From Candidatus Babelota bacterium (GTDB lineage: Bacteria > Babelota > Babeliae > Babelales > CAIQNR01), in contig CBFHTA010000001.1 of the NCBI GenBank assembly GCA_965658655.1, positions 178,507 through 242,506 of the forward strand: DNA of 64,000 nucleotides, written 5' to 3'. This document shows positions 45,808 to 54,833 of the stretch, piece after piece (positions within the stretch are counted from its first letter, which is position 1; each line of letters begins with the position of its first letter). The notes under the pieces are model-generated. The model ran no database searches. It saw only the letters and a program-made list of their open reading frames with translations, and was not told where the DNA came from. The translations under genes were made by a program, and so were the position numbers.

Positions 45808-47385
45808 ATGCAAGAGGCTCTTTCCAAAAAAGGTATTTTGAAAAAGTTATTTCAAGTTGGTGGAAACACCCTTATTAGTAGATTTCTTGGTCTTACTCGA
45901 GAAATTTTATTAATGCGTTATCTAGGTGTAGGGGTATTTGCAGATGCATTTACAGCTGCTTTCTTAATTCCTAACTCTTTACGGAAAATATTTGCAGAAG
46001 GTGCCTTAACTGCAGCTTTTGTTCCTACATTTATAAACTTGTACGAAAAAGATGGCAGGAAAAAGGCAGATGCGCTTATGTCATTGGCATTTTTAGCTTT
46101 TGAAGGGACTGTGCTTCTTTTGTGTGCATTAGTTATGTGGAAGCCTCGCTTTACCTTGAGTTTAATTGTTCCGGGATTTTCTCCGGAGCAGGTTGCGGCA
46201 ACAATTCCTTGCTTACGTATTTTAATGCCGTTTATCTTCTTTTTATCAAGTAGTGCATTACTTGCTGGGGCATTACAATCGGTTAATCATTTCTTTGTTC
46301 CTGCTTTCTCTCCAGTACTTTTAAACGGTTTTTTTATTGGTGGTTTATTGGTATGTCTTTCAAGCGGATTGCCGGTTGAATATTTATGTGTATTTATTTT
46401 GTGTGGTGGTCTGGCACAATTTTTGATGCATATTTTCGCCTACATTTCTCTCAACTTTATGTTTCATATGCCACGAAGAGAGACTTTGGGAGCATTCGGA
46501 AATGTTCTTTCTAAGTTTATGCTTTGCTTTTTAAGTATGAGTGTAATGGAATTTAATCTTATTATTGATCAAAGATTTGCTTCATACTTGCATGTTGGCT
46601 CTGTAACACTTATAAAATATGCATCTCGATTTATGGGGATTCCTTTAGGTGTTTTTGCAGTAGCATTCTCAACTATTATGTTGCCTCACTTTAGTAGGAT
46701 TTCTATTTCTGATCCAAAACGATTAAGTTTCTATTTGCAAGAATGCTCAAAGTTTGTTTTTTGGGTAACGGCTCCGGCAACCTTTATTATGGGTTTTTTG
46801 TCTACAGATATTTTCTTAACTTTGTTTGCTTCATCTTCCTCAAAGTTTCCTTCTCATCTAGTTCCTGAAGCGGGTATGATTTTACTTGGATTTTTGACAG
46901 GGCTTTTCTGTTTTTCTCTCAACAAAATTTTGTTTAATTTTTTTTATTCGTTTCATGATACTCGACGACCAATGTATATTGCTATTATTGCAACAATACT
47001 TAATGGTCTGTTTAATTATGTTTTAGTAGGTATTTGGGGAGGAGTTGGATTGGCTCTTGCAACATCACTTTCTGGCCTTGTACAGATGACCTTAGCGCTT
47101 TATTTTCTACATGCTTATCATAATTTTAAACTTGATCTTCATGTGTTTGGGGCATTCGCTAAAAAGTATACCATACAACTTTTGTGTGTTTTAACACCAT
47201 TTTACTTTATATACACACTCTCAAGGAATCTAGTAGAGAAGCTTTTTGCAACTGGATGGGGACACTTTTTCATGATTAAAAGTTTTGGTTATTGGCTTTG
47301 GGTTGGCCCTATTATGATGTTTTGTTTTTATGTACTTTATAAAACACGTAAAACATTTGATATTGAGCTTTATTTCTTAGATTAA
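45808..47385 (+). CDS. murJ: Lipid II flippase MurJ (MviN family)
   Basis: 525 aa polytopic protein. N-terminus GGNTLISRFLGLTREILLMRYLGVGVFADAFTAAFLIPNSLRKIFAEGALTAAFVP is typical of MurJ. Confidence 0.9.
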   Translation: MQEALSKKGILKKLFQVGGNTLISRFLGLTREILLMRYLGVGVFADAFTAAFLIPNSLRKIFAEGALTAAFVPTFINLYEKDGRKKADALMSLAFLAFEGTVLLLCALVMWKPRFTLSLIVPGFSPEQVAATIPCLRILMPFIFFLSSSALLAGALQSVNHFFVPAFSPVLLNGFFIGGLLVCLSSGLPVEYLCVFILCGGLAQFLMHIFAYISLNFMFHMPRRETLGAFGNVLSKFMLCFLSMSVMEFNLIIDQRFASYLHVGSVTLIKYASRFMGIPLGVFAVAFSTIMLPHFSRISISDPKRLSFYLQECSKFVFWVTAPATFIMGFLSTDIFLTLFASSSSKFPSHLVPEAGMILLGFLTGLFCFSLNKILFNFFYSFHDTRRPMYIAIIATILNGLFNYVLVGIWGGVGLALATSLSGLVQMTLALYFLHAYHNFKLDLHVFGAFAKKYTIQLLCVLTPFYFIYTLSRNLVEKLFATGWGHFFMIKSFGYWLWVGPIMMFCFYVLYKTRKTFDIELYFLD

Positions 47386-47699
47386 TTTTTTTCACAACCA
47401 AACATACATCTACAACAGTGCCCAATTGATCGAGTTATGCAAAGTCCTACTATACATGGACAACAAGCAACGGTTATACAGCATTTTTTGCGTTGAAATG
47501 CTTGTTCTTCTTTTTGAAGAAAGGCCTTTCTTTCTAAAAAATTGTTAAGATTAAGTTTTCCAGGTTGTGTATCCAGGAAAGAACTTTGTTCTGTCTTGCT
47601 TTTTGCGGTATCAGCTAATCCATCTACTTGCTCTTGAGCATCTGCTGCCTGCAAGGAATAGAGTAAAAATATGGATAAAAAAAGTGCTGTGTGCTTCAA
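47382..47699 (-). CDS. Small secreted protein with cysteine-string-like C-terminus
   Basis: 105 aa. Signal peptide MKHTALFLSIFLLYSLQAADA. The C-terminal 30 aa CCITVACCPCIVGLCITRSIGHCCRCMFGC contain 10 Cys. Convergent 4-nt overlap with the murJ stop. Confidence 0.5.
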   Translation of the reverse strand: MKHTALFLSIFLLYSLQAADAQEQVDGLADTAKSKTEQSSFLDTQPGKLNLNNFLERKAFLQKEEQAFQRKKCCITVACCPCIVGLCITRSIGHCCRCMFGCEKN

Positions 47700-47812
47700 A
47701 ATCTCTCCTCTTTAGTACTATAAAAATGAAATATTATTTTCTTCAGGTAAAGGATATAGGTTTTTTTTTAAAAAAAAAGCGAGCATCTTTAAGTAAGGAT
47801 TCGTTTGGGCAC

Positions 47813-47838
47813 TAAAAAAGCTCCGATTTCTCGAAGCT
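47813..47838 (-). terminator. Rho-independent terminator of tRNA-fMet
   Basis: On the minus-strand transcript, AGCUUCGA-GAAA-UCGGAGCU (one G-U pair) starts 7 nt after the tRNA CCA end and is followed by U5-6. Confidence 0.55.
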
Positions 47839-47844
47839 TAAATT

Positions 47845-47921
<77 letters not shown>

Positions 47922-48041
47922 ATCATCTTGATTTCAAAATTGAAGTAATATAAGCATATCAGGCTTTATAAGCTTGTCAATGACCAATATCAGCTCAAAC
48001 AGGAGTTTCTAGAGGCAAAACAAGCGTGAACCTTTTTATAT

Positions 48042-49580
48042 TTAAGCTCGTTTGCGTTCAAAGTAATGGTCTACAGATCGATACATGAGAGCTTCCTGAA
48101 TATGAGGCACAGTCAGCGTTTCCGACCCCTCAAGGTCAGCAATGGTACGAGCAACTTTAAGTACTTTGTGGTATCCGCGCATGCTTAAATGAAGTTTTTC
48201 GAAGACCTTTTTCATGAGTTGCTCGGCTTCTGGGGTAAGTATACAAAATTGTTCAACCTGGTCTGCAGACATAGTAGCGTTCTGACTTGTTCCATTATTA
48301 AAACGTTTTTTTTGTCGAGTGGTAGCTTGTGCTATTTTTTCTTGCATCGAGGCAGAGGTCTGACCATTTACATGCTTATCTTTGAGCGTTTCGTATTCAA
48401 TTCCAGGAACATGAATTTGTAAATCGATTCTATCTAGAAGTGGTCCAGAGAGCTTATCTAGATATTTATTAATTTGTTGTTGTGAGCATGAACAGTCACG
48501 CTTTTTGTCTCCGTAATAACCGCAAGGGCACGGATTAAGAGCTGCCACTAATAAAAATGAAGATGGAAACGTGATCGATTGTTGTGCCCGCGCAATGTTT
48601 ACAAATTTATTTTCAAGTGGTTGTCGTAAGACTTCTAATGTATCTCGTTTGAACTCTGTAAGTTCATCTAAGAATAGAATACCGTTATGAGCTAGACTAA
48701 TCTCACCAGGTTGTGGGTACGATCCGCCACCTACAAGTCCTGCTTGCGAAATAGTATGATGTGGAGATCTGAATGGGCGTTTTTCTATAATGGGCGTCCC
48801 GTTAAGTTTGCCGCTAATAGAATATACTTTGCTTGCTTGGAGTACTTGATCAAAAGACATTGTTGGCATAATGGTTGCCAAGCGTTTTGCAAGCATCGTT
48901 TTTCCCGATCCTGGGGGGCCGATAAATAAAATGTTATGGTTTCCTGCGGCTGCAATTGTCAAAGCCCGTTTTGCTTGTTCTTGACCCTTCACCTGTGAAA
49001 AATCAAGCTTGGCTTTTGTGATACTCTGTTTTGGGATAGAGGGTGCTTCTGGGGTCATTGGTTTTTCCCCACGCAAAAATGCAATGAGATCAACTAAGTG
49101 TTTTACACCAAATACTTCTACATCTTTAATAAGTGCAGCTTCGCGAGCATTGGCTTGGGGAACAATTAATCTTTTTTTATTTAATTTTTTTGCATCATAA
49201 GCAATAGCTAGTGCACCTTTGATAGGTTTAATAGACCCGTCTAAAGAAAGTTCACCCATAAATAAAGTTTCTTCTAAGAAGGAAGGAGCGATGTGTAATA
49301 GTTTTGCTGCTTGTAAAATACCTATAGCAATTGGAAGATCAAAAAGTGTGCCTTCTTTTTTTAAATCTGCTGGCGCAAGGTTTACAGTAATGCGTCTGTC
49401 TGGAAGTTTAATGCCACAATTTTTTAAAGCAGTTTGAATTCGTTGTCGGCTTTCTTTGATTGCCATATCTGGTAGCCCAACAATAAAAAAGTTCATCATA
49501 CCCAGAGAGAGATCAACTTCAACTTCAACGGTATAAGCATTGACCCCAATAGTAGTAGCAGAAAAAATCTTTGTATGCAT
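48042..49580 (-). CDS. comM: Mg-chelatase-like ATPase ComM/YifB
   Basis: Start set at the ATG at 49580 (MHTKIFSATTIGVNAYTVEVEVD, GAGGA Shine-Dalgarno upstream); the track's 152-aa N-terminal extension is rejected. Lon-like N-domain, Walker A GPPGSGKT, Walker B LFLDELTEF and Cys cluster NPCPCGYYGDKKRDCSC. Confidence 0.9.
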   Translation of the reverse strand: MHTKIFSATTIGVNAYTVEVEVDLSLGMMNFFIVGLPDMAIKESRQRIQTALKNCGIKLPDRRITVNLAPADLKKEGTLFDLPIAIGILQAAKLLHIAPSFLEETLFMGELSLDGSIKPIKGALAIAYDAKKLNKKRLIVPQANAREAALIKDVEVFGVKHLVDLIAFLRGEKPMTPEAPSIPKQSITKAKLDFSQVKGQEQAKRALTIAAAGNHNILFIGPPGSGKTMLAKRLATIMPTMSFDQVLQASKVYSISGKLNGTPIIEKRPFRSPHHTISQAGLVGGGSYPQPGEISLAHNGILFLDELTEFKRDTLEVLRQPLENKFVNIARAQQSITFPSSFLLVAALNPCPCGYYGDKKRDCSCSQQQINKYLDKLSGPLLDRIDLQIHVPGIEYETLKDKHVNGQTSASMQEKIAQATTRQKKRFNNGTSQNATMSADQVEQFCILTPEAEQLMKKVFEKLHLSMRGYHKVLKVARTIADLEGSETLTVPHIQEALMYRSVDHYFERKRA

Positions 49581-49731
49581 AGTTTCCTCTATGGTTTTGT
49601 ATGTGCCTATGTATAGCATGTATTGGTGATTTTGTGAAGAGGGTCCTTTAATAGAACTTCTAGTAGTTTTTTCAATTTCGCTTATAATTGATAGATTGCT
49701 AGGTAATTTTACGTTTATAAAAAGGCTTGTT

Positions 49732-52632
49732 ATGTTTTGGTCAAAAAAATATCTTTTAATTTTAGCACTTATTAGTAGTACAACACTGAGAACACAACTT
49801 TTGTTAGAAGGGGATACTGCCGCAACCGCTGGCAACACGTTTTCTTTTAATATTGCTCCAAAGTATTTTAATAATAATTCATCAGAGTTATTTGTAGGTC
49901 GAAATGATGCTACAAATGTTAATGATACTGATGATGTAAAGAAGTATGCTCTTTCGGGTGTAAAGTCATTAGGAACAAAATTTTTACCGTTAACTCCAGA
50001 AAAAGCTTGGGTAAATGGTATTAAGAATTCTGACAATCCACTTTATGGAGAACAAATTTCATTAGTAGGTTACTTCAGTAACGGGCCTTTAGTGGTACGA
50101 GCTGATGCGCCAGAACATTTGTATTACATAGCAAGTGGAAGTTCTACTGGTGTTAGTTCTGTCTTAAAAGTAGAAGATGTCAAAGATGCTCAGGGTGCAA
50201 CCGATTCTGCTGGTTCAACAACAGCGGGCATTATAAAAGTTGCAGGGTCAAAGTTTTACACTTTTGCAGCTGTAAAAAAGAACGGCGGAGATTTTGGTGT
50301 TGCGGGTGCAGGGGTTGCTTTAATCAAAGAAATAAACAGTGGTTTAGAGCAAGTGGCTGCCGTTACCGGTGATACAGGAGTAAAGGCACTTCCTCTGAAT
50401 CTTTCTAGTACAGAACTTTTAATCACGAGTGACCTTGCTTCTATTGATCCATCTATCATAGATATGCACTGGGACGATACTTTGCAGCGACTTTATATTT
50501 GTGTAAAAGCCACAGGCGCTTCTGGCGGGAGCGATGGAGCACGAGGCGTAATTGTTGGTTATGTACAAAATGTTGATGGTGTTCCTAAGTTAAAATTTTC
50601 AGCTTTTGCTCCTACTGCAGCGTTTAATGGAACAACATATATTGTTGGTGGAGTTGGATCTTCTGTAGTTGCTGACATTCAAAAAGTAAGAACAATGCAT
50701 ACTTCAACTCGCGCAAGTTACCTTATAACATTAGGAAACGCTGCGGGTTCAAATGCAACTACAACAGTCAGTGCATTGCCATTGGTAAACAAAAGGCCAG
50801 CGAGTTTGCTAGCAGGTGATAATGATTATCTCACGGATACAACTCAGGGGACGCTAGCAAGTAAAACAATTAATGCGGGAACCAACTTAAAAGCATTTTT
50901 TAAAACAACTCGAGAAATTTCTGTTCTTCAAGGAAGGGGTTTTCAAGTTCCTGCTTCTACTGAGTCTCATCTAACTGCTCAAACAGATATTGCAGCTCAA
51001 GTTGGTGGTCAGAGAACAGATGAGCTGGTAACGCCTGGTACGGTGCTTGATATGCAAGTACATAAAGATACTGTTTTCGTATCTGTTGACGCCGGTGAAG
51101 ACCAAGTTCGCGTCTACTCTTCTCAGGCTCTTCTTGATGCAGACGGTGCGATTAAAGGTTGGACTCCGTGGCGTTCTGTTATGCGTGGAGTAACTGGAAC
51201 AGATGAAGTGTATGGAATTGGTTATCAATCAACTCTTGGCCATTCATTTACTTTAGAAGGCGCAACAAGTTCTAGCATTAAAACAGTTAAAACAAGTAAA
51301 TGGGCAAAGTCTTCAAAAAATGGATTGCTTCAGGGAACTACGAGTGATGGTGCTGTAGGATTTGAAGGGCTTATTAACGGAGCATTTACTACAGAAAACG
51401 GTGCAGTTCAAGGGCTCTTTGACTTTCCAAAAGAAACAACGGCATTTACTTCAACTCCGGGCGAGCGTCTTTCTATGATGATTGCTACTGGGTATAAAAA
51501 AATCATGCTCATAGAGACAGGACAAGACAATGGTTCTAATCTTTTTGTTCCTCATATTGGTAGTTTCTCTCATGCAGACAATGTTGCTATTACAGATGGA
51601 GTGCTTGATGCTGCTAGAACTACAAACACAAAGCTTATAACTATTTCTGGGGGTGCGTTAGATACGGTAGGAGCGATTTCTGCTGCAACGATTATGAATG
51701 CAACAACTAATGGTGGTTATGTTATTGTTGGTGGTGTTGGCGGTGTTGCTATTTTGCGCGCAACATCTGGTGGATCAGGCTGGACTGCCGGAAGTTTAAA
51801 AAAATCTTTTGAAAACATTGGGACTAATAAAAGTTTTGCAATAATTGGAAGTTATACTCATGTTCGTAAGGTATTAGCAGATGGGCAATTTTTGTACGTA
51901 CTGACTAATAAAACGTTCGATCGTATTCCAGCATCTCAACTTAATGGAGCCGTAACACCTACTGTTTTAGCGACACCAGAAGATTTAGGGTTGCAATCAT
52001 TTGAAAGTTTTTCAGATGTGGTTGTTTCGAATAAGCTTGCACTTCTTGCAACAAGCAAAGGGTTGTATCGAGTGGGGAATAGTAAAAATATTTCAACAGA
52101 AACAAGTGCGAGCGATGTTGATTGGACTTTGGTTAGTTTAAATGAAGGGCCAACTCCTGTTACAAGATTAGTTCCTATTGGAACAACACATTTAGAAACT
52201 GATTTTGCTCAACAGACAGGGGGTGGTATGATCTATGCACTGGCTGCTTCTGTAGGGCAACAACTTTCTTCAGTGTATCGATTAGCAGTAAGAGATATTT
52301 CGAGTAGTGCGATTGCGGCAACAACGGTTGAATATATTCCTGACAATATTCTCTCTACGGCAGGAGAACCGCAAGGACATTTTGGAAATTATAAAAACTA
52401 TTTTGCAACTGATGGTGCCTTATCTACGGTCACACAATCTACTTATAATGCTACAGCAGCTTCAGCGCATGCTTTTCCTATTACATTAGGAGCGGGAGCT
52501 ATCTTGAGGCCTAAATCATTAGGGGCTATACCGCTTTTTGCAGAACAGTTAGAAATTGGCAGACTAATAACTAGTACTGCATTAGGTTCAAAAATTATTC
52601 CCACAAGTGATGGATTTCTCATTCTTGAATAA
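49732..52632 (+). CDS. Large secreted surface-protein candidate (966 aa), Gly/Thr/Ser/Ala-rich, beta-rich
   Basis: Start moved to the ATG at 49732 (MFWSKKYLLILALISSTTLRTQ signal peptide). Recurrent strand-like units (GGYVIVGGVGGVAILRA; FLYVLTNKTFDRI; LALLATSKGLYRVG; MIYALAASVG..VYRLAV). No TM segment or enzyme motif. Confidence 0.6.
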   Translation: MFWSKKYLLILALISSTTLRTQLLLEGDTAATAGNTFSFNIAPKYFNNNSSELFVGRNDATNVNDTDDVKKYALSGVKSLGTKFLPLTPEKAWVNGIKNSDNPLYGEQISLVGYFSNGPLVVRADAPEHLYYIASGSSTGVSSVLKVEDVKDAQGATDSAGSTTAGIIKVAGSKFYTFAAVKKNGGDFGVAGAGVALIKEINSGLEQVAAVTGDTGVKALPLNLSSTELLITSDLASIDPSIIDMHWDDTLQRLYICVKATGASGGSDGARGVIVGYVQNVDGVPKLKFSAFAPTAAFNGTTYIVGGVGSSVVADIQKVRTMHTSTRASYLITLGNAAGSNATTTVSALPLVNKRPASLLAGDNDYLTDTTQGTLASKTINAGTNLKAFFKTTREISVLQGRGFQVPASTESHLTAQTDIAAQVGGQRTDELVTPGTVLDMQVHKDTVFVSVDAGEDQVRVYSSQALLDADGAIKGWTPWRSVMRGVTGTDEVYGIGYQSTLGHSFTLEGATSSSIKTVKTSKWAKSSKNGLLQGTTSDGAVGFEGLINGAFTTENGAVQGLFDFPKETTAFTSTPGERLSMMIATGYKKIMLIETGQDNGSNLFVPHIGSFSHADNVAITDGVLDAARTTNTKLITISGGALDTVGAISAATIMNATTNGGYVIVGGVGGVAILRATSGGSGWTAGSLKKSFENIGTNKSFAIIGSYTHVRKVLADGQFLYVLTNKTFDRIPASQLNGAVTPTVLATPEDLGLQSFESFSDVVVSNKLALLATSKGLYRVGNSKNISTETSASDVDWTLVSLNEGPTPVTRLVPIGTTHLETDFAQQTGGGMIYALAASVGQQLSSVYRLAVRDISSSAIAATTVEYIPDNILSTAGEPQGHFGNYKNYFATDGALSTVTQSTYNATAASAHAFPITLGAGAILRPKSLGAIPLFAEQLEIGRLITSTALGSKIIPTSDGFLILE

Positions 52633-52643
52633 AAGGTAACACC

Positions 52644-53882
52644 ATGAAAAAGCAGATTTTATTTTTAGTAATGCTTAGCGCTATAGCTCAGCTTACAGCT
52701 AGGACAAACACTCTTCGTTCGTATGATATTAACTTTAAGCCTCTTGGAGAGAAAGATACTGATAAAAATGTATCTATTCGTGCTGCATTTGGAATACCTC
52801 AAAAAGCTCGCAACAATAATGGTGACAAAGTTCCAAGTCCTCAATATTTATTTGCAGAACAAAATGCTTTGGCAATGCTGAAGGGCATGCCGTCTGGTAG
52901 TGAAGCAGTTGCTATTGGACAGCAACTTAATAGACATGGTGACACTGGGGTTCGTGGTCAGTATGTTGTGAATGGAGACTTTATCACACGATTTCAATGT
53001 GTTGTGGGAGGGCAATATCATTTTGATAATCAATGGACGCTCGATTTTAATCTTCCTTTTTATCATATGAAATTTGATAACATTACATGGGAAAATAAAA
53101 CCAAAGATGTAACAGGAGAAGATCGTTTAACTCGTGAGCTTTTGACTAATAATTTCTTCTCTAATGTTGCTAAATTAGGTGACGGTCTTAATCTACAGGA
53201 TTGGGAACAGCGCGGAGTTGGAGATTTTACATTTATAGTTTCATGGAGTCGCCAATTTTTTCAAAATAGGGAGTGGTTAAAGCAAGTTAATGTAACAGCT
53301 CGAGCTGGTGCTACGTTTCCTGTTGGTATAAAAAAGAATGAAGATAAAGCGTTTTCATTACCCTTTGGTAATGATGGAGCGTACTCGGTTCCTTTTGGGG
53401 CAGGGCTTGATCTACGATTTAAGAAACTTTTTTGGGCAGGTGTAAGCGCAACATTCGAGCATATTTTTAGTCATACTAAAAATCGTCGTATCATGACTGA
53501 TGAATTACAAACCAACTATTTGCTTTTGCAAAAAGCGATTACACGCAAAGAGTATGGCTTTGTGCAAATGTTTAATCTTTATGTAGAGCCTCAAATTTCT
53601 GATGCTTTCTCTTTACGTTTTGCATACGCTCATACAAAAACAGGTGATGAAAAGTTGTTTGTATTGTCAGAAAACTACTCTACTATGGTTGCTAATAAAA
53701 ATATTGCCTTGGAAGAAAGCACCACGCACGATTTAATAATACAGTTTAATTGGGATGCTTCAAAGCTGAAACCTGATGCTCGTTTTTCTCCAAAAGGATC
53801 TGTCTTCGCGCAGGTTCCGTTTAATGCTCGAGGGTCATTCCAAACTGCATCTATTGGGTTTAGTTTGAGCACGGTTTTTTAA
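52644..53882 (+). CDS. Outer-membrane beta-barrel protein candidate
   Basis: 412 aa. Signal peptide MKKQILFLVMLSAIAQLTA, alternating amphipathic strands and a C-terminal ...ASIGFSLSTVF with terminal Phe (OMP sorting signature). Starts 12 nt after the upstream 966-aa gene. Confidence 0.6.
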   Translation: MKKQILFLVMLSAIAQLTARTNTLRSYDINFKPLGEKDTDKNVSIRAAFGIPQKARNNNGDKVPSPQYLFAEQNALAMLKGMPSGSEAVAIGQQLNRHGDTGVRGQYVVNGDFITRFQCVVGGQYHFDNQWTLDFNLPFYHMKFDNITWENKTKDVTGEDRLTRELLTNNFFSNVAKLGDGLNLQDWEQRGVGDFTFIVSWSRQFFQNREWLKQVNVTARAGATFPVGIKKNEDKAFSLPFGNDGAYSVPFGAGLDLRFKKLFWAGVSATFEHIFSHTKNRRIMTDELQTNYLLLQKAITRKEYGFVQMFNLYVEPQISDAFSLRFAYAHTKTGDEKLFVLSENYSTMVANKNIALEESTTHDLIIQFNWDASKLKPDARFSPKGSVFAQVPFNARGSFQTASIGFSLSTVF

Positions 53883-53964
53883 CGAACACTGATAGGACCA
53901 GTAGGTAGAGAGCTTTCAAGATATATATGCAATCTAATAGATCGGAACTAAGCTTAAATAGAGC

Positions 53965-53999
53965 AAAGAAAAAGGGCCTTTTGAGGCCCTTAATTTTTA
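53965..53999. terminator. Bidirectional rho-independent terminator between convergent genes
   Basis: GGGCCT-tttg-AGGCCC hairpin (53974-53989), extendable by two A-T pairs. Preceded by an A-run and followed by TTAATTTTT. Confidence 0.6.
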
Positions 54000-54013
54000 G
54001 AATTTAAAAGTTC

Positions 54014-54763
54014 TTATGCTTGTGTCGTCGCTTGAGGTTGAGGCATATAAGCTAAGCATTCTTGGTATTCTTTAAAATCGCGGTTGAATTTAAAGGTTTC
54101 TTTGTCGACATTTTCCATCTTCTTGAGAATATCGGTAAGGAAGATCGGACTATTTTTTTCAAGAGACATAAGAGCATTGGTTACTTCTTTTTCAGAATGA
54201 TTCCATGCACGTTTAAGAATAATATTGGCTGCTTTAAGTTCTTTAAATAGAGCATTTTCTGTATCACCAAATGCTGCTGCTAAACCTTCTGTTATAAGTC
54301 TTTGTGCCATAAGAAGGCCGTTGAGGTATTGTCCAGGAAGAGACCAGGCATTGTTCACTAAGATATTTGCAGCTTTTGCTAATGCAGCTTGATCGTTAAA
54401 CCGAGTAACCTTATCATCAACAGTCATTTCATCTGATAATCGAATAAAGTTTTCAAGTGCTTTTTCTTTTTCTTCTAGTGTAGATTTCTTAGGAGTCTTA
54501 ATCACTTCAGATAATGTTTGGAAAATAGGTAACATCTTTTTGCCCTGAGGACGAGGATCTTTTTCTGCCCAAGCACTAGCACTATCGAAGAATTCCCATA
54601 TTATTTTTCCTTCTGTTTTATCAGCAGCAATCTCAAGAGCTTTAGCAACTACGCGCAAGTAAGGCTTAGTTTTTGGTAAAGTTTTTTCTTTAGCTATTGC
54701 ATTTTGCCCTACTACAAGGCTGGTTGCGAACAATACTCCAAATGTAATTTTTTTGTTGATCAT
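54014..54763 (-). CDS. Hypothetical secreted helical protein
   Basis: 249 aa. Signal peptide ITFGVLFATSLVVGQNAIA. No recognisable motif. Confidence 0.5.
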   Translation of the reverse strand: MINKKITFGVLFATSLVVGQNAIAKEKTLPKTKPYLRVVAKALEIAADKTEGKIIWEFFDSASAWAEKDPRPQGKKMLPIFQTLSEVIKTPKKSTLEEKEKALENFIRLSDEMTVDDKVTRFNDQAALAKAANILVNNAWSLPGQYLNGLLMAQRLITEGLAAAFGDTENALFKELKAANIILKRAWNHSEKEVTNALMSLEKNSPIFLTDILKKMENVDKETFKFNRDFKEYQECLAYMPQPQATTQA

Positions 54764-54833
54764 GGAATACCCTTTCCTAAAGGAGCGTTAAACATTTTAT
54801 GTAAGGGTAGTTATATATCGATCAATGTCAATA

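Noticed and set aside
47761-47778. T9A9 palindromic homopolymer tract upstream of the Cys-rich ORF
   Set aside because: It could be an UP-element or bend. A/T tracts are expected by composition in this genome, and I see nothing else to support a function.
47922-47990. Sigma-70-like promoter for tRNA-fMet (TTGACA at 47975-47980 on the minus strand)
   Set aside because: The only good -10-like hexamer (TATATT) lies 22 nt downstream of the TTGACA, which is outside the normal 16-19 nt spacing, so I do not call a promoter.
49581-50036. 152-aa N-terminal extension of the ComM ORF in the six-frame track
   Set aside because: The extension has no ComM homology and overlaps the divergent 966-aa gene and its promoter region. 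An internal ATG at 49580 with a GAGGA Shine-Dalgarno gives the canonical MHTKIFSATT... start.
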